A DNA stretch of 43,166 nt from Desulfobacterales bacterium (GCA_050123495.1 JASFGZ010000001.1:1-43166); one strand, 5' to 3'. Shown: positions 1 to 8,622, counted from the stretch's first letter. Numbers and translations: made by a program. The notes: generated by a model not told the origin, from the sequence alone.

Positions 1-433
1 TTGCCCCCTGGGCCCAAAACCGATTGATATTATTTAAGATTTTTTTACGTTTATCATGTTTTTCCTGTTCCCGATATATGATCGGCAACAGCCGTTGAAT
101 TGACGATTCAACCAGTACATCCCGGGAAGTGTTAAATTGTTTGGCTGCTTCTTCCAGGGCCAACAGCGTCTTGCGGCTGATGACAAAAGTTTTTTGGATC
201 CGTTCCAGGGCATTGATCCGTTGGGGGTCAACTTCCTGCGCAATAACAGTCAGGGATTGGTCATCTTCCATTAAATGGTCGAAAATAGATTTTTGCTTTA
301 TACCCAGATGGATCGATACAATACTAATGATATCAATGGCTTGGGCAGACAGCTTAAATGTCGCCCTCACCGATTGCCGGCCTCTTAGGTCCCCTGAAGA
401 AGGCTGCGGCAGCGCGATATCGTTCATAATCAT
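1..433 (-). CDS. hypothetical protein; its 3' end runs off the window start, so it is absent from the ORF track
   Basis: Hand translation of the minus strand from ATG (revcomp of 431-433) stays open to position 1: MIMNDIALPQPSSGDLRGRQSVRATFKLSAQAIDIISIVSIHLGIKQKSIFDHLMEDD... Composition is protein-like but I recognise no family. The overlapping ORF 129-554(+) looks non-coding. Confidence 0.5.
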   Translation of the reverse strand, partial: MIMNDIALPQPSSGDLRGRQSVRATFKLSAQAIDIISIVSIHLGIKQKSIFDHLMEDDQSLTVIAQEVDPQRINALERIQKTFVISRKTLLALEEAAKQFNTSRDVLVESSIQRLLPIIYREQEKHDKRKKILNNINRFWAQGA

Positions 434-558
434 TAGATTCTCTTTAATTTCCATTCGGGACCCCCCCCTAAATCACCTGAATATTGGAATCGGTTCATTT
501 CATTACTTTAATCTAATACATATTTATAGTAATGCAATAAAAAAATTAAGTTAATATA

Positions 559-587
559 TTGACAACATCAAAATCGTATATATTATA
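559..587 (+). promoter_or_regulatory. sigma-70-type promoter for hsp20
   Basis: TTGACA at 559-564, a 16-17 nt spacer, then TATTAT/ATTATA at 581-587, in an AT-rich region about 70 nt upstream of the hsp20 start. Confidence 0.55.
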
Positions 588-657
588 CTGGTCATAAAAA
601 GAATTAATAATATTCTGAGAGTAAAACTAACTAAATCTAATGCAAGGAGGAATTAAA

Positions 658-1104
658 ATGATGAACTTAGTCAGATGGAATCCCTGGAGAGAAATGAATA
701 CATTACAGAATCGATTCAATCATCTGTTTGATGATTCCTTTTTCCGACCCAGCCGGTCGGATGAAGATCTGAGCCTGGGAACCTGGCATCCGGTTGTGGA
801 TATGTATGATGAGGATGACAGAGTTGTCATCAAAGCGGAACTTCCCGGAATTGATAAAAAGGACATCGCAGTTGACGTGAAAGATCGGGTTTTGACACTC
901 AGTGGTGAGCGCACCTATGACAATGAAGTCAAAGAGGAAAATTATTATCGTCGCGAAAGGGCTTACGGAAAATTCCAGCGCACTTTTAGCCTGCCGGCTG
1001 ATGTGGATTCGGACAAGATCAAAGCAGATTTCAAGGACGGCCTGCTGAAAATTGAAGTGCCCAAACCTGAGAAGCAAAAACCCAAAAACATCACGATTCA
1101 CTAA
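658..1104 (+). CDS. Hsp20/alpha-crystallin family small heat-shock protein
   Basis: MMNLVRWNPWREM... N-terminus and an alpha-crystallin core (VIKAELPGIDKKDIAVDVKDRVLTLSGER...FQRTFSLPADVDSDKIKADFKDGLLKIEVPK). AAGGAGG SD at 645-651 favours ATG 658 over the track start at 640. Confidence 0.93.
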   Translation: MMNLVRWNPWREMNTLQNRFNHLFDDSFFRPSRSDEDLSLGTWHPVVDMYDEDDRVVIKAELPGIDKKDIAVDVKDRVLTLSGERTYDNEVKEENYYRRERAYGKFQRTFSLPADVDSDKIKADFKDGLLKIEVPKPEKQKPKNITIH

Positions 1105-1152
1105 ATAATTCATCTTTCAATTGCTGAACGCTACGATTAACCAGCGACAACG

Positions 1153-1190
1153 AAAAATAGGGCGACTTTTTAGGTTGCCCTATTTTTTTA
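1153..1190 (+). terminator. rho-independent terminator of hsp20
   Basis: AAAAATAGGGC (1153-1163) pairs with GCCCTATTTTT (1177-1187), followed by a T-run. Confidence 0.8.
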
Positions 1191-1296
1191 TTTAAACAGG
1201 CTATGCAGAACTTTTAAATTGGTTTATATTATATTTAGGTTTTATATACAGAAATTTGAATACAAATGGACCAGAACAAAAAATGAAGATTTCTTT

Positions 1297-1379
1297 ATCA
1301 CGAAAGCACAAAAGAATGAAAATACGAAAAAATAAAAATGATAATATTTCGTGCTTTTTATATTTCGTGTTTTCGTAAT
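1297..1379. repeat. family A inverted repeat built from 8-nt-periodic NCACGAAA units (copy A1)
   Basis: Left arm ATCACGAAAGCACAAAAGAATGAAAATACGAAA. Right arm ATTTCGTGCTTTTTATATTTCGTGTTTTCGTAAT is its imperfect reverse complement. Related copies lie at 10621-10697 and 11922-12096. Confidence 0.8.
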
Positions 1380-1450
1380 TGTTTTTAAAAATGACCATCT
1401 AGAACAATACGTTAATATTGACTCAATAAAATATTTTAGGCGGTAACGTC

Positions 1451-3295
1451 ATGAACAAGCCCCCAGGCAAAATCCGACGATTTTTAAGCCTTTTTTGGAA
1501 CAGTGTATCTGCTTTGCGTCGTATTGTCGGCAATCTGTTATTTCTCTTAATCGTCGTTTTTTTGATTGCCGTGGTTTTTTTTGACGGCGATGAGGATGTG
1601 CCTGAAGGCGTTGCGCTGATTCTATCCCCCGAAGGCAATATCGTGGAACAAAAAAGCGAAACCGTTCTCTCCAGCGACATCTTCGGGGAAGCCGCCAGAG
1701 ACGAGACGCTTTTGAAAGACCTTATCGATGTAATCGATTTTGCAAAAGAGGATGAGCGCATAGAAGTGCTGGTCCTTGACCTCGGAAAAATGAAAGGTGC
1801 CGGTATCAGCAAACTTCAGGCCATAGGGGCGGGTCTTGAGCGATTCCAAAATAGCGGCAAGCCAATTTTCGCCTTTGGTGATTACTTCAATCAACATCAA
1901 TATTATCTGGCTGCCCATGCAGACAAGCTTTATTTGAACCCCATGGGCGGGGTGGTGCTGCACGGTTTCGGCCTTTATCGAAAGTATTACAGAGCAGCCC
2001 TGGACAAATTAAAAATACAATTTCATGTCTTTAAAGCCGGCACATATAAATCGGCCGTGGAACCCTTTTTGCGTGACAGCATGTCCAGATACGCAAAAGA
2101 AGCCAACCGCGCCTGGCTCAATATTTTATGGGATTACTACAAAATCGTTGTTACACAGAAGCGGGGTTTGAATCCGCAAAGCCTGGATGATTATATCAAT
2201 AATATTCCGGATCATCTGGCAAAAGCCGATGGGGATGCGGCCGTGATGGCGTTAAACCTCGGCCTGGTGGATGAGTTGAAAACCCGTGATGAGGTTCGCG
2301 AGGAACTGATTGAACGCGTTGGCAAAGACAAAGACGACCCTACTTTCAAACAGATTGCATTTGATAAATACTTACGTCACATCCGTCCTGCCCTGAAGGA
2401 AAGCGCGGCGCATCATGACAAAATTGGCGTTATTGTTGCCAGTGGTGTCATCATGGACGGAGAGCAACCGGCCGGTAGAATCGGCGGTGATACAATGGCG
2501 GACTTGGTCGTTCGCGCACGTGAAGATGATCAAATAAAGGCTTTGGTGGTTCGCGTCGATAGTGGCGGCGGCAGTGCCACCGCCTCTGAAGTGATTCGCA
2601 GAGAGATCGAGCTGACCAGCCAGGCCGGCAAACCTGTTTTCGTATCCATGGGATCAATTGCTGCATCCGGCGGATATTGGATGGCCGCACCCGCAGATCA
2701 AATATGGGCGACGCCGACAACGATTACCGGCTCGATCGGGATTTGGGGCGCCTTCCCGACTTTTGAAAAAAGCTTGAAATCTTTAGGGATCACCAGTGAT
2801 GGCGTGGGTACCACAAAACTTTCAGATGCTTTTGATCCCAGCCGGCCGTTGAATGATCTGGTTGCCCAATCGATGCGTCAGATCATTGATCAGGGCTATC
2901 GGCGTTTCATTCAAAGGGTCGCTGAAGGCCGGAATATGGAGCCGGAAACGGTGGAGAAAATCGCCCAGGGGCGCGTGTGGGCCGGAACCACAGCGAAAGA
3001 ACTGGGATTGGTCGATGAAATTGGCAGCCTGCAAGATGTCATCAGTGCCGTCGCTAAAAGGGTGGATTTGAAAGATTATGAAGTCACTTACATCACGCAG
3101 CCCTTAACCACCCGAGAGCGGTTGATTAGACAGCTCAATCGATTAATTACCGGGGTCTTGGCCACATTGAACCCGGCGGATCATCCGGTAAAAAGAGTGT
3201 ATGATAACGTTATCGATACTGAAATCGATCTTATTTTGCGCGCCAACGATCCTGCCGGATTATATGCTTACTGTCTAAACTGCAGCATTGAGTAG
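1451..3295 (+). CDS. sppA: signal peptide peptidase SppA, 67K type
   Basis: 614 aa with an N-terminal TM segment and a duplicated ClpP/crotonase-like S49 peptidase domain (DSGGGSATASE..., SMGSIAASGGYWMA). Length and layout match long-form SppA. Confidence 0.9.
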   Translation: MNKPPGKIRRFLSLFWNSVSALRRIVGNLLFLLIVVFLIAVVFFDGDEDVPEGVALILSPEGNIVEQKSETVLSSDIFGEAARDETLLKDLIDVIDFAKEDERIEVLVLDLGKMKGAGISKLQAIGAGLERFQNSGKPIFAFGDYFNQHQYYLAAHADKLYLNPMGGVVLHGFGLYRKYYRAALDKLKIQFHVFKAGTYKSAVEPFLRDSMSRYAKEANRAWLNILWDYYKIVVTQKRGLNPQSLDDYINNIPDHLAKADGDAAVMALNLGLVDELKTRDEVREELIERVGKDKDDPTFKQIAFDKYLRHIRPALKESAAHHDKIGVIVASGVIMDGEQPAGRIGGDTMADLVVRAREDDQIKALVVRVDSGGGSATASEVIRREIELTSQAGKPVFVSMGSIAASGGYWMAAPADQIWATPTTITGSIGIWGAFPTFEKSLKSLGITSDGVGTTKLSDAFDPSRPLNDLVAQSMRQIIDQGYRRFIQRVAEGRNMEPETVEKIAQGRVWAGTTAKELGLVDEIGSLQDVISAVAKRVDLKDYEVTYITQPLTTRERLIRQLNRLITGVLATLNPADHPVKRVYDNVIDTEIDLILRANDPAGLYAYCLNCSIE

Positions 3296-3484
3296 TCCAG
3301 GAGGATTTATCTGAAGTCTAAGCAAGAAACGCTCAGATCAAAACGCCGTTAATGATCTCATATCAAACGGACGTGTGGAAAATGTCAAAGGATCGTTACA
3401 GGGTCTGAAACTGATTGAAAAAGGGGCTGATCTAATCTATAGAGGGTATTTGTAGCTTGATATTATTGAAAATTAGGCACAAAA

Positions 3485-3516
3485 AAGGCGATTTAGGATC
3501 ATCCCTAAATCGCCTT
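3485..3516 (-). terminator. rho-independent terminator after flgM, possibly bidirectional for sppA
   Basis: A 13-bp stem AAGGCGATTTAGG / CCTAAATCGCCTT with a 6-nt loop. On the minus strand the hairpin is followed by TTTTTT (revcomp of 3481-3486). Confidence 0.8.
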
Positions 3517-3547
3517 TGTGCTTTTATGTGTTTGTTATATTAAACGG

Positions 3548-3853
3548 TTAGGTCAAATCGTTTAACAGGGAATCTCTCAGCATTTTATCGGCTATTTTCT
3601 CTGCGTCTATTTCATAGGTGCCGTTTTCAACCTGTTCTCTCAGCTCGGCCACTTTCTCCTCCCGAACATCCGGAATTGATTCCAATTGTGTTTGTGCCTC
3701 CTGGACTGTTTTGGCCATATCTGAAAGCACGACGGTATCTGCTTTGGTTTGCTGTTTTTCCGGCTGCTCAGATGTCGCATCAACCTTATCTTTATCCTGA
3801 ACCTGGTTTACATATGAGTCAATATTAACCGAGTCTTTCGGGGTAATTTCCAT
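3548..3853 (-). CDS. flgM: anti-sigma-28 factor FlgM
   Basis: 101 aa with an acidic, disordered N-terminal half and the typical FlgM C-terminus (REEKVAELREQVENGTYEIDAEKIADKMLRDSL). AGGAG SD upstream. Confidence 0.85.
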   Translation of the reverse strand: MEITPKDSVNIDSYVNQVQDKDKVDATSEQPEKQQTKADTVVLSDMAKTVQEAQTQLESIPDVREEKVAELREQVENGTYEIDAEKIADKMLRDSLLNDLT

Positions 3854-3974
3854 TTTCCGCAGTCTCCTATAAATCTTACTATTTCACAATCTTTATGATC
3901 GTGCAACAGTCATTATTCACAATAATTCTAATCCACTGGCTTCTGCGTGTCAAATTTATTACGATTTAATTATA

Positions 3975-4001
3975 TTATCGGTAAAAACTTTACATACTTT
4001 A
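3975..4001 (-). promoter_or_regulatory. sigma-28 (FliA)-type promoter upstream of flgM
   Basis: The minus strand reads cTAAAgtatgtaaagtttttaCCGATAAt, i.e. TAAA-N15-aCCGATAA against the consensus TAAA-N15-GCCGATAA. It sits about 120 nt upstream of the flgM ATG. Confidence 0.7.
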
Positions 4002-4353
4002 GTCTTTTTTTGCAAATTTCCATTTTATTTGGCATTTCAAGAAAAATTCCAACATATTAATAAAACTACAAATAATGAGAAAAATACCGATTCTGTTTGC
4101 AAAAGGAGAAATTCCTCAAAATGCAGCGCCGTAATCTGGCCAATTATTATGCGATTATCATGCCACATGCAGTGTTGCATCTGAATTTCCACCCGAAATT
4201 TTTTTCTTTACAGCGGGTATAGCGGTCCTATTTTATTGGATAATTGAGAAGTGGCGGAACCCGTTAGCTTGTTATCCGCTGCCGCTGTTTTTTAAAAAAA
4301 CAGACATTTTCATTTTTGACGGGCGCAACCGCTAACCGGCTAACCTGATTTAG

Positions 4354-4656
4354 ATGGCGCTGCCGATGGTGTGGGTAGTTGAAAAGAAGGTTTTCTATCA
4401 CCTTTTGGACATGGGATTTGAAAGTGTCGGCATACCCGTGCGGGTCAAGTTTGAATTTGACGTCAAAGACGGGAAGTTTGTATCCGATAGTCTTTCCCTC
4501 GAATCCCTGTATAATCAGCAAGCGGTTGTCAATCGATATCCCGGTGTAAAAAAGGATTTATTGGAAAAAGAAATTCAAAAGACGGTTCAACGAGAAATCC
4601 GCAAATACCTGCAAGATTATGGATACATTTCCGAGAATAAGGAAGAAAACGATTAG
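4354..4656 (+). CDS. hypothetical protein, start uncertain
   Basis: The C-terminal two-thirds are protein-like (VRVKFEFDVKDGKFVSDSLSLESLYNQQAVVNRYPGVKKDLLEKEIQKTVQREIRKYLQDYGY). There is no clear SD at any candidate start and I recognise no family. Confidence 0.45.
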   Translation: MALPMVWVVEKKVFYHLLDMGFESVGIPVRVKFEFDVKDGKFVSDSLSLESLYNQQAVVNRYPGVKKDLLEKEIQKTVQREIRKYLQDYGYISENKEEND

Positions 4657-4675
4657 ATCCTGATTAAAATTTTGT

Positions 4676-4754
4676 ATTAACCGCAGACTCACGCAGACAG
4701 ATATCCGGCCGACCCCCGCGATAAGGCGTCGCCTTCCTCGGGACAAGTTGGCCG
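4676..4754. repeat. family C repeat, half-copy (C1)
   Basis: ATTAACCGCAGACTCACGCAGACAG...GGCCGACCCCCGCGATAAGGCGTCGCCTTCCTCGGG aligns with 34323-34410. It contains a 10-nt-periodic GCAGAC doublet and a GC hairpin. Confidence 0.8.
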
Positions 4755-4786
4755 GAGATTATCAGTCATGCCCTTCGGGCAAAAAA

Positions 4787-5929
4787 ATGATTGAATCACA
4801 GGATATAACGCTCAAAACTTCCATCAGGACGCGCCTGCCGGCAGTTGATGCCCTGCGTGGTTTGGTCATGGTGCTCATGACTTTAGACCATGCCTCCCAT
4901 GCGTTTAACGCCGGCCGGTATGCCAGAGATTCCTTTCTCTGGTATCAAGCAGGCGCTGCAATTCCGGCTGCTCAGTTCCTCATCCGCTGGGTTACGCATC
5001 TATGTGCCCCTACTTTCCTCTTTCTTGCCGGATTCGTGCTAGCGTTGAGCGTGGCCGGACGTCAGGCTCGGGGTGCCCCGGGGCGTGCCATTGACAGAGA
5101 AATTTTCATTCGCGGGGTTTGCATTTTGCTGCTGGACCCTCTTTGGATGAGCATTGGTTTTGGGGAAGGGATCGTTCTTCAGGTGCTCTATGCTATTGGT
5201 GTCAGCTTTTGTTTAATGGCACTACTCCGCAGACTCGCCATACGCTCTCTGTTTGCCGTTGGTTTAGGCATCCTTTTTTTCGGAGAGGGACTTGCAGGAC
5301 TGGCGGTATGGGCCGGTGACGGTCAAAGACCCGGTCTGATGGGTGCATTTTTTATCACCGGAGGGACGGTTGCAAATGGTGTATTTGTTCTTTATCCGGT
5401 GCTTCCCTGGCTGGCCTATATGATCCTGGGATGGGTCTGCGGGAAGTATATGCTGCAAAGGGACACATTTAACCCGATTCGTTTCTTTTCAGTTGCCGGA
5501 GCCGCATCTCTACTCGCTTTTTTTGTTACGCGCGGCTTCAACAAATACGGCAACATGCTGCTGTATCGCTATGACAATTCCATTCTTCAATGGCTGCATG
5601 TAAGCAAATATCCGCCCAGTCTTACTTTTTCTGCCCTCGAATTGGGTCTCATGTTTGTGATGTTATCTTTGTTTTTTGCTTGGTATCGGAACCGAAACGC
5701 ATTACCTGCCAATCCACTTCAGGTTTTCGGCCGCACACCGCTTTTCTTTTATGTCATTCATGTGCACCTTTTAGCGGCAGCTTCCTGGTTGCTCGATATG
5801 CATCAAACCGGCGGTCTCACCGAGACTTATGTGGCGACCGTGGCAGCCCTGGTGGTGCTTTATCCGCTCTGCCGTTGGTACGGTTATCTCAAACAAGCCC
5901 ATCCGAAGAGCCTCCTGAGATACCTCTGA
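4787..5929 (+). CDS. polytopic membrane protein, DUF1624 / heparan-alpha-glucosaminide N-acetyltransferase-like family
   Basis: N-terminal signature RLPAVDALRGLVMVLMTLDHASHAF followed by about 9-10 hydrophobic segments. ATG 4787 is preferred over the TTG at 4748, which lies inside repeat C1. Confidence 0.7.
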   Translation: MIESQDITLKTSIRTRLPAVDALRGLVMVLMTLDHASHAFNAGRYARDSFLWYQAGAAIPAAQFLIRWVTHLCAPTFLFLAGFVLALSVAGRQARGAPGRAIDREIFIRGVCILLLDPLWMSIGFGEGIVLQVLYAIGVSFCLMALLRRLAIRSLFAVGLGILFFGEGLAGLAVWAGDGQRPGLMGAFFITGGTVANGVFVLYPVLPWLAYMILGWVCGKYMLQRDTFNPIRFFSVAGAASLLAFFVTRGFNKYGNMLLYRYDNSILQWLHVSKYPPSLTFSALELGLMFVMLSLFFAWYRNRNALPANPLQVFGRTPLFFYVIHVHLLAAASWLLDMHQTGGLTETYVATVAALVVLYPLCRWYGYLKQAHPKSLLRYL

Positions 5930-6038
5930 TATTTTTATAAGTGATATGAGTATGTTACAGCAAGTATCATTGACATGTTACGATGTGGCATTAACATTTG
6001 AGTTTATAGAACCACGTTTTTCGAACTGAAATTCAAAA

Positions 6039-6515
6039 ATGCAAATCGAGAGAAGAAAATATCCACGGTTCAAAGTCAGGGACAATGCCTTTGCGGTATT
6101 TCAAGCTGAGCCTGTTAAGCTGGTTCCGATCGTTGATGTTGGTCTGGGAGGGCTTGGAATCGGTTTTAATGGAAATTATGCCAGCGATGAGTGGTTCAAC
6201 GGAGCATCAAGTTTAGAAATATTGATAGATGATTGCAGTTTCTATCTAGACAACCTTGGTTACGAACTCCTTCCCAAATTCAGAAGCGTTCCCCGAAACG
6301 CTTTCGCCCCGTTTCAAAATATCTGCGGTTTGAAATTTGCAGGTCTGATGCCCAGTCAGCAATACCGGCTGAAATCTTTTATTCGAAACCACACGACAGG
6401 CGGCATGACACCGAAATTTATTCGGAAATTCAATCAGCACTTCCATCAATTTTTAGAAAAAAGGGATTATGGGGCGGCCTGCCGAAACATAAGCCTTCAA
6501 CGTCCTTCTTTATAG
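6039..6515 (+). CDS. PilZ domain protein (putative c-di-GMP receptor)
   Basis: RRKYPRF (RxxxR) at the N-terminus and DVGLGGLGI (D/NxSxxG-like) about 25 aa later. Confidence 0.75.
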   Translation: MQIERRKYPRFKVRDNAFAVFQAEPVKLVPIVDVGLGGLGIGFNGNYASDEWFNGASSLEILIDDCSFYLDNLGYELLPKFRSVPRNAFAPFQNICGLKFAGLMPSQQYRLKSFIRNHTTGGMTPKFIRKFNQHFHQFLEKRDYGAACRNISLQRPSL

Positions 6516-6590
6516 TCGATTATAATTCCTGACATCAAAACCGATCGCCACTATGACGATACTCAAACAATGCATTATTGCGCTTTTAAC

Positions 6591-6621
6591 GAAGGGGTCA
6601 AGTCTGCTCTTGACTCTTAAT
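6591..6621. repeat. left 31-bp inverted repeat of the Y1-transposase unit
   Basis: Exact reverse complement of 7603-7633, verified base by base. Internal 6-bp stem with a 6-nt loop. Confidence 0.95.
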
Positions 6622-6645
6622 GATTCTTCTACTATGTAGAAATGT

Positions 6646-7626
6646 ATGGCTAGACCATTGAGAATACAATATCCGAATGCCTGGTATCATGTAATGAACA
6701 GAGGCAGAAGGTCGGAAAATATATTTTCAGATAAAAAAGATTACCTGATGTTTATTAATGTTATTAAAGAATCAGTGAAGTTATGGAATGTTCGCGTCGC
6801 CGCTTACTGCCTGATGCCCAATCATTACCATATTTTGATTCAGACCCCGGATGCAAATTTATCCAGGTGCATGCGACATATTAATGGCGTGTACACACAG
6901 CGCTACAATCGCTTCTATGACTGTGACGGGCAAATGTTTCGAGGTCGTTATCAATCAATTCTTGTAGATGCCGATAGCTATCTACTGCAATTAGTAAGAT
7001 ATATTCACAGAAACCCACTCAAAGCAGGTTTGGCTGAAAAATTAAATTCCTATGCCTGGAGTAGTCATAAAGGGTATTTATCGGATTCCAAACAATGGAA
7101 CTGGTTATATAAAGATTTTATTCTCTCACAGTTTTCCAGGGATAAGACGGAAAGCCAAAAAAAATATAACCAATTTGTTTCCTTAGAAAATCTTAAGGAA
7201 ATCGAAGGGACGTTTAACAGTAAAAAATTACCACCATTTTTAGGAAGCGACCACTTTGTTAGCTGGGTAAAAGAAACATTTTATCATAAAAAAAGACATG
7301 AAGAGGTTCCTGGATCTAGATTGTTAGCTCCGGATCCAGAGCATATCAAAGAAATTGTTTCCCAAACCTATCAGATTGAAGAAAATATTCTTTTAAAATC
7401 CAGAAAGGGCGTATTTAATGAGCCCAGAAATGTGGCAATTTATTTAATGCGGCGCCTAAGGGGTGACAGCCTAGTCGAAATCGGTAAGATATTTCAAATG
7501 AAAAAATACAGTTCGGTTAGCAGCATAATTGAAAGGTTAAAGGCGCAAATGGCAAAAGATCGAAACCTTAGGAAGCGCGTTAAAAAATTGGAATCCCAAA
7601 TAATTAAGAGTCAAGAGCAGACTTGA
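6646..7626 (+). CDS. IS200/RAYT-like HUH Y1 transposase fused to a C-terminal DnaA-domain-IV-like HTH
   Basis: HUH motif in YCLMPNHYHILIQ and a catalytic-Tyr motif in LVRYIHRNPLKAGL. The C-terminus NVAIYLMRRLRGDSLVEIGKIFQMKKYSSVSSIIERL resembles the DnaA C-terminal DNA-binding domain. Confidence 0.85.
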   Translation: MARPLRIQYPNAWYHVMNRGRRSENIFSDKKDYLMFINVIKESVKLWNVRVAAYCLMPNHYHILIQTPDANLSRCMRHINGVYTQRYNRFYDCDGQMFRGRYQSILVDADSYLLQLVRYIHRNPLKAGLAEKLNSYAWSSHKGYLSDSKQWNWLYKDFILSQFSRDKTESQKKYNQFVSLENLKEIEGTFNSKKLPPFLGSDHFVSWVKETFYHKKRHEEVPGSRLLAPDPEHIKEIVSQTYQIEENILLKSRKGVFNEPRNVAIYLMRRLRGDSLVEIGKIFQMKKYSSVSSIIERLKAQMAKDRNLRKRVKKLESQIIKSQEQT

Positions 7627-7633
7627 CCCCTTC
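7603..7633. repeat. right 31-bp inverted repeat of the Y1-transposase unit
   Basis: Exact reverse complement of 6591-6621. It overlaps the codons for ...IKSQEQT and the stop. Confidence 0.95.
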
Positions 7634-7794
7634 TATTTTAAAATGAAGCGTTACAGTAAATCTCAGAAAAAAAATTGCGCCAACTCAGAGATATGGCCGT
7701 TTCCCGTGCTGTTGCTCCGGGACTTTTGAAAAAAAAGACATTGAGAAAGAAATACTTGAAATAATCGAAACTAGAATCGATTTATTCAGTGGCG

Positions 7795-8085
7795 ATGATG
7801 CAAGCGAATAAACAATTTCTCATACAATTGCTTATCATAACGATTCTAGCGTGGAGTGCGCCCGGGATGGCTTTTAGCGAAAACAAGGGCGTCACCGAAG
7901 GCGAGTGTGCCCGTCTGGAGGGCGCTGAGATTATATGGGATTTAAGTAAATACCGCTGGCTGTGCTGCATCCCCAAAAATGAGAAAGAATATGAAACCTG
8001 TATTCCGATAACGGATATGAAACCACTGCCGAAAACCAGTTCCAAGCCGTTTCCGCCAAATACCACCAAGACGATCAAGCCGTGA
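7795..8085 (+). CDS. small secreted Cys-containing hypothetical protein
   Basis: Sec-type signal peptide MMQANKQFLIQLLIITILAWSAPGMAFS, then a roughly 70-aa mature part with 4 Cys and a Pro/Lys/Thr-rich tail. The track start at 7789 is GTG; ATG 7795 is used here. Confidence 0.55.
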   Translation: MMQANKQFLIQLLIITILAWSAPGMAFSENKGVTEGECARLEGAEIIWDLSKYRWLCCIPKNEKEYETCIPITDMKPLPKTSSKPFPPNTTKTIKP

Positions 8086-8107
8086 TTTTATTATTCATTG
8101 CAAAAAA

Positions 8108-8500
8108 CTATTCTTGGAACTGTTTATGTTTTATCTCAAATAAATTCCCGTCGTAGTCCCTTATGAAGGTGAGGGTACGGTCTCCTTTGGGGATTTGTAA
8201 CACTTCAACTCCCAAATTCCGGCATTTATTTAAAAAGCCTTTTTGATCATCCACTTCAAGACAGACATGCTCAATTTGCCTGGCATCGTTTATCAAATGG
8301 CCGGTGATGAAAATCTCAAAAAGAACCTCTTCGCCCTGGTAGTTGATCATCATTAGCTCGGTGTCAACATTGAAAATGGCCCGAGAAAGGGTCATTGGCA
8401 AGATTTTCGGTTCTGACTTTTCCAAACCTAACAGGTTTATGTAAAACCGGTCTGATTTTTTTTCAGAGCTACAGGTCAGGGCCACATGCCGCAATAACAT
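8108..8500 (-). CDS. VOC (glyoxalase/bleomycin-resistance/dioxygenase) family protein
   Basis: MLLRHVALTCSSEKKSDRFYINLLGLEK...IEHVCLEVDD...FIRDYDGNLFEIKHK. GGAGAG SD before ATG 8500. The 44-aa N-terminal extension in the track is unlikely. Confidence 0.75.
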   Translation of the reverse strand: MLLRHVALTCSSEKKSDRFYINLLGLEKSEPKILPMTLSRAIFNVDTELMMINYQGEEVLFEIFITGHLINDARQIEHVCLEVDDQKGFLNKCRNLGVEVLQIPKGDRTLTFIRDYDGNLFEIKHKQFQE

Positions 8501-8622
8501 TGATCTCTCCTTTTTAAATTTGATTCTTGAAAGCGGGATATAAATTTCCCCGAAAAAGCATAGAAAAGAATGTCGGAATTCAAAAAGGCAGGATTTAAAA
8601 ATCGAAATTCCGGCTTTTTGCC

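Larger units (their letters stand above)
6591..7633 (+). mobile_element. REPtron/IS-like unit: a Y1 transposase gene bracketed by perfect 31-bp inverted repeats
   Basis: 6591-6621 GAAGGGGTCAAGTCTGCTCTTGACTCTTAAT is the exact reverse complement of 7603-7633. Each copy contains a GTCAAG/CTTGAC hairpin. The right copy overlaps the last 8 codons of the gene. Confidence 0.75.

Noticed and set aside
129-554. A 141-aa plus-strand ORF at the left edge.
   Set aside because: It overlaps a longer, more protein-like minus-strand frame that starts at 433 and runs off the window. It has no SD and extends into the AT-rich promoter region.
774-789. The sigma-54-like TGGCAT..TTGTG inside hsp20. Other TGGCA(C/T) occurrences lie at 5976, 10745, 18724 and 34305.
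   Set aside because: The spacing between the GG and the TTGC-like element is wrong by 1-4 nt, or the site is intragenic. Only 40047-40062 fits the -24/-12 spacing.
703-1113. A 136-aa ORF fully antisense to hsp20.
   Set aside because: The hsp20 frame has unmistakable alpha-crystallin motifs and an SD. The antisense ORF has no SD, has odd composition, and is the kind of shadow ORF common opposite real genes.
4121-4222. A 33-aa ORF (MQRRNLANYYAIIMPHAVLHLNFHPKFFSLQRV) with an AAGGAG 12 nt upstream.
   Set aside because: The SD spacing is long, I recognise no homology or conservation, and it lies in the divergent flgM promoter region. Ribosome profiling or homologs would be needed to support it.
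4285-4303. The near-perfect palindrome CTGTTTTTTAAAAAAACAG, considered as a bidirectional terminator.
   Set aside because: The stem would be almost entirely A-T with no loop, which is unlikely to form a stable terminator hairpin. It may simply be an AT tract.
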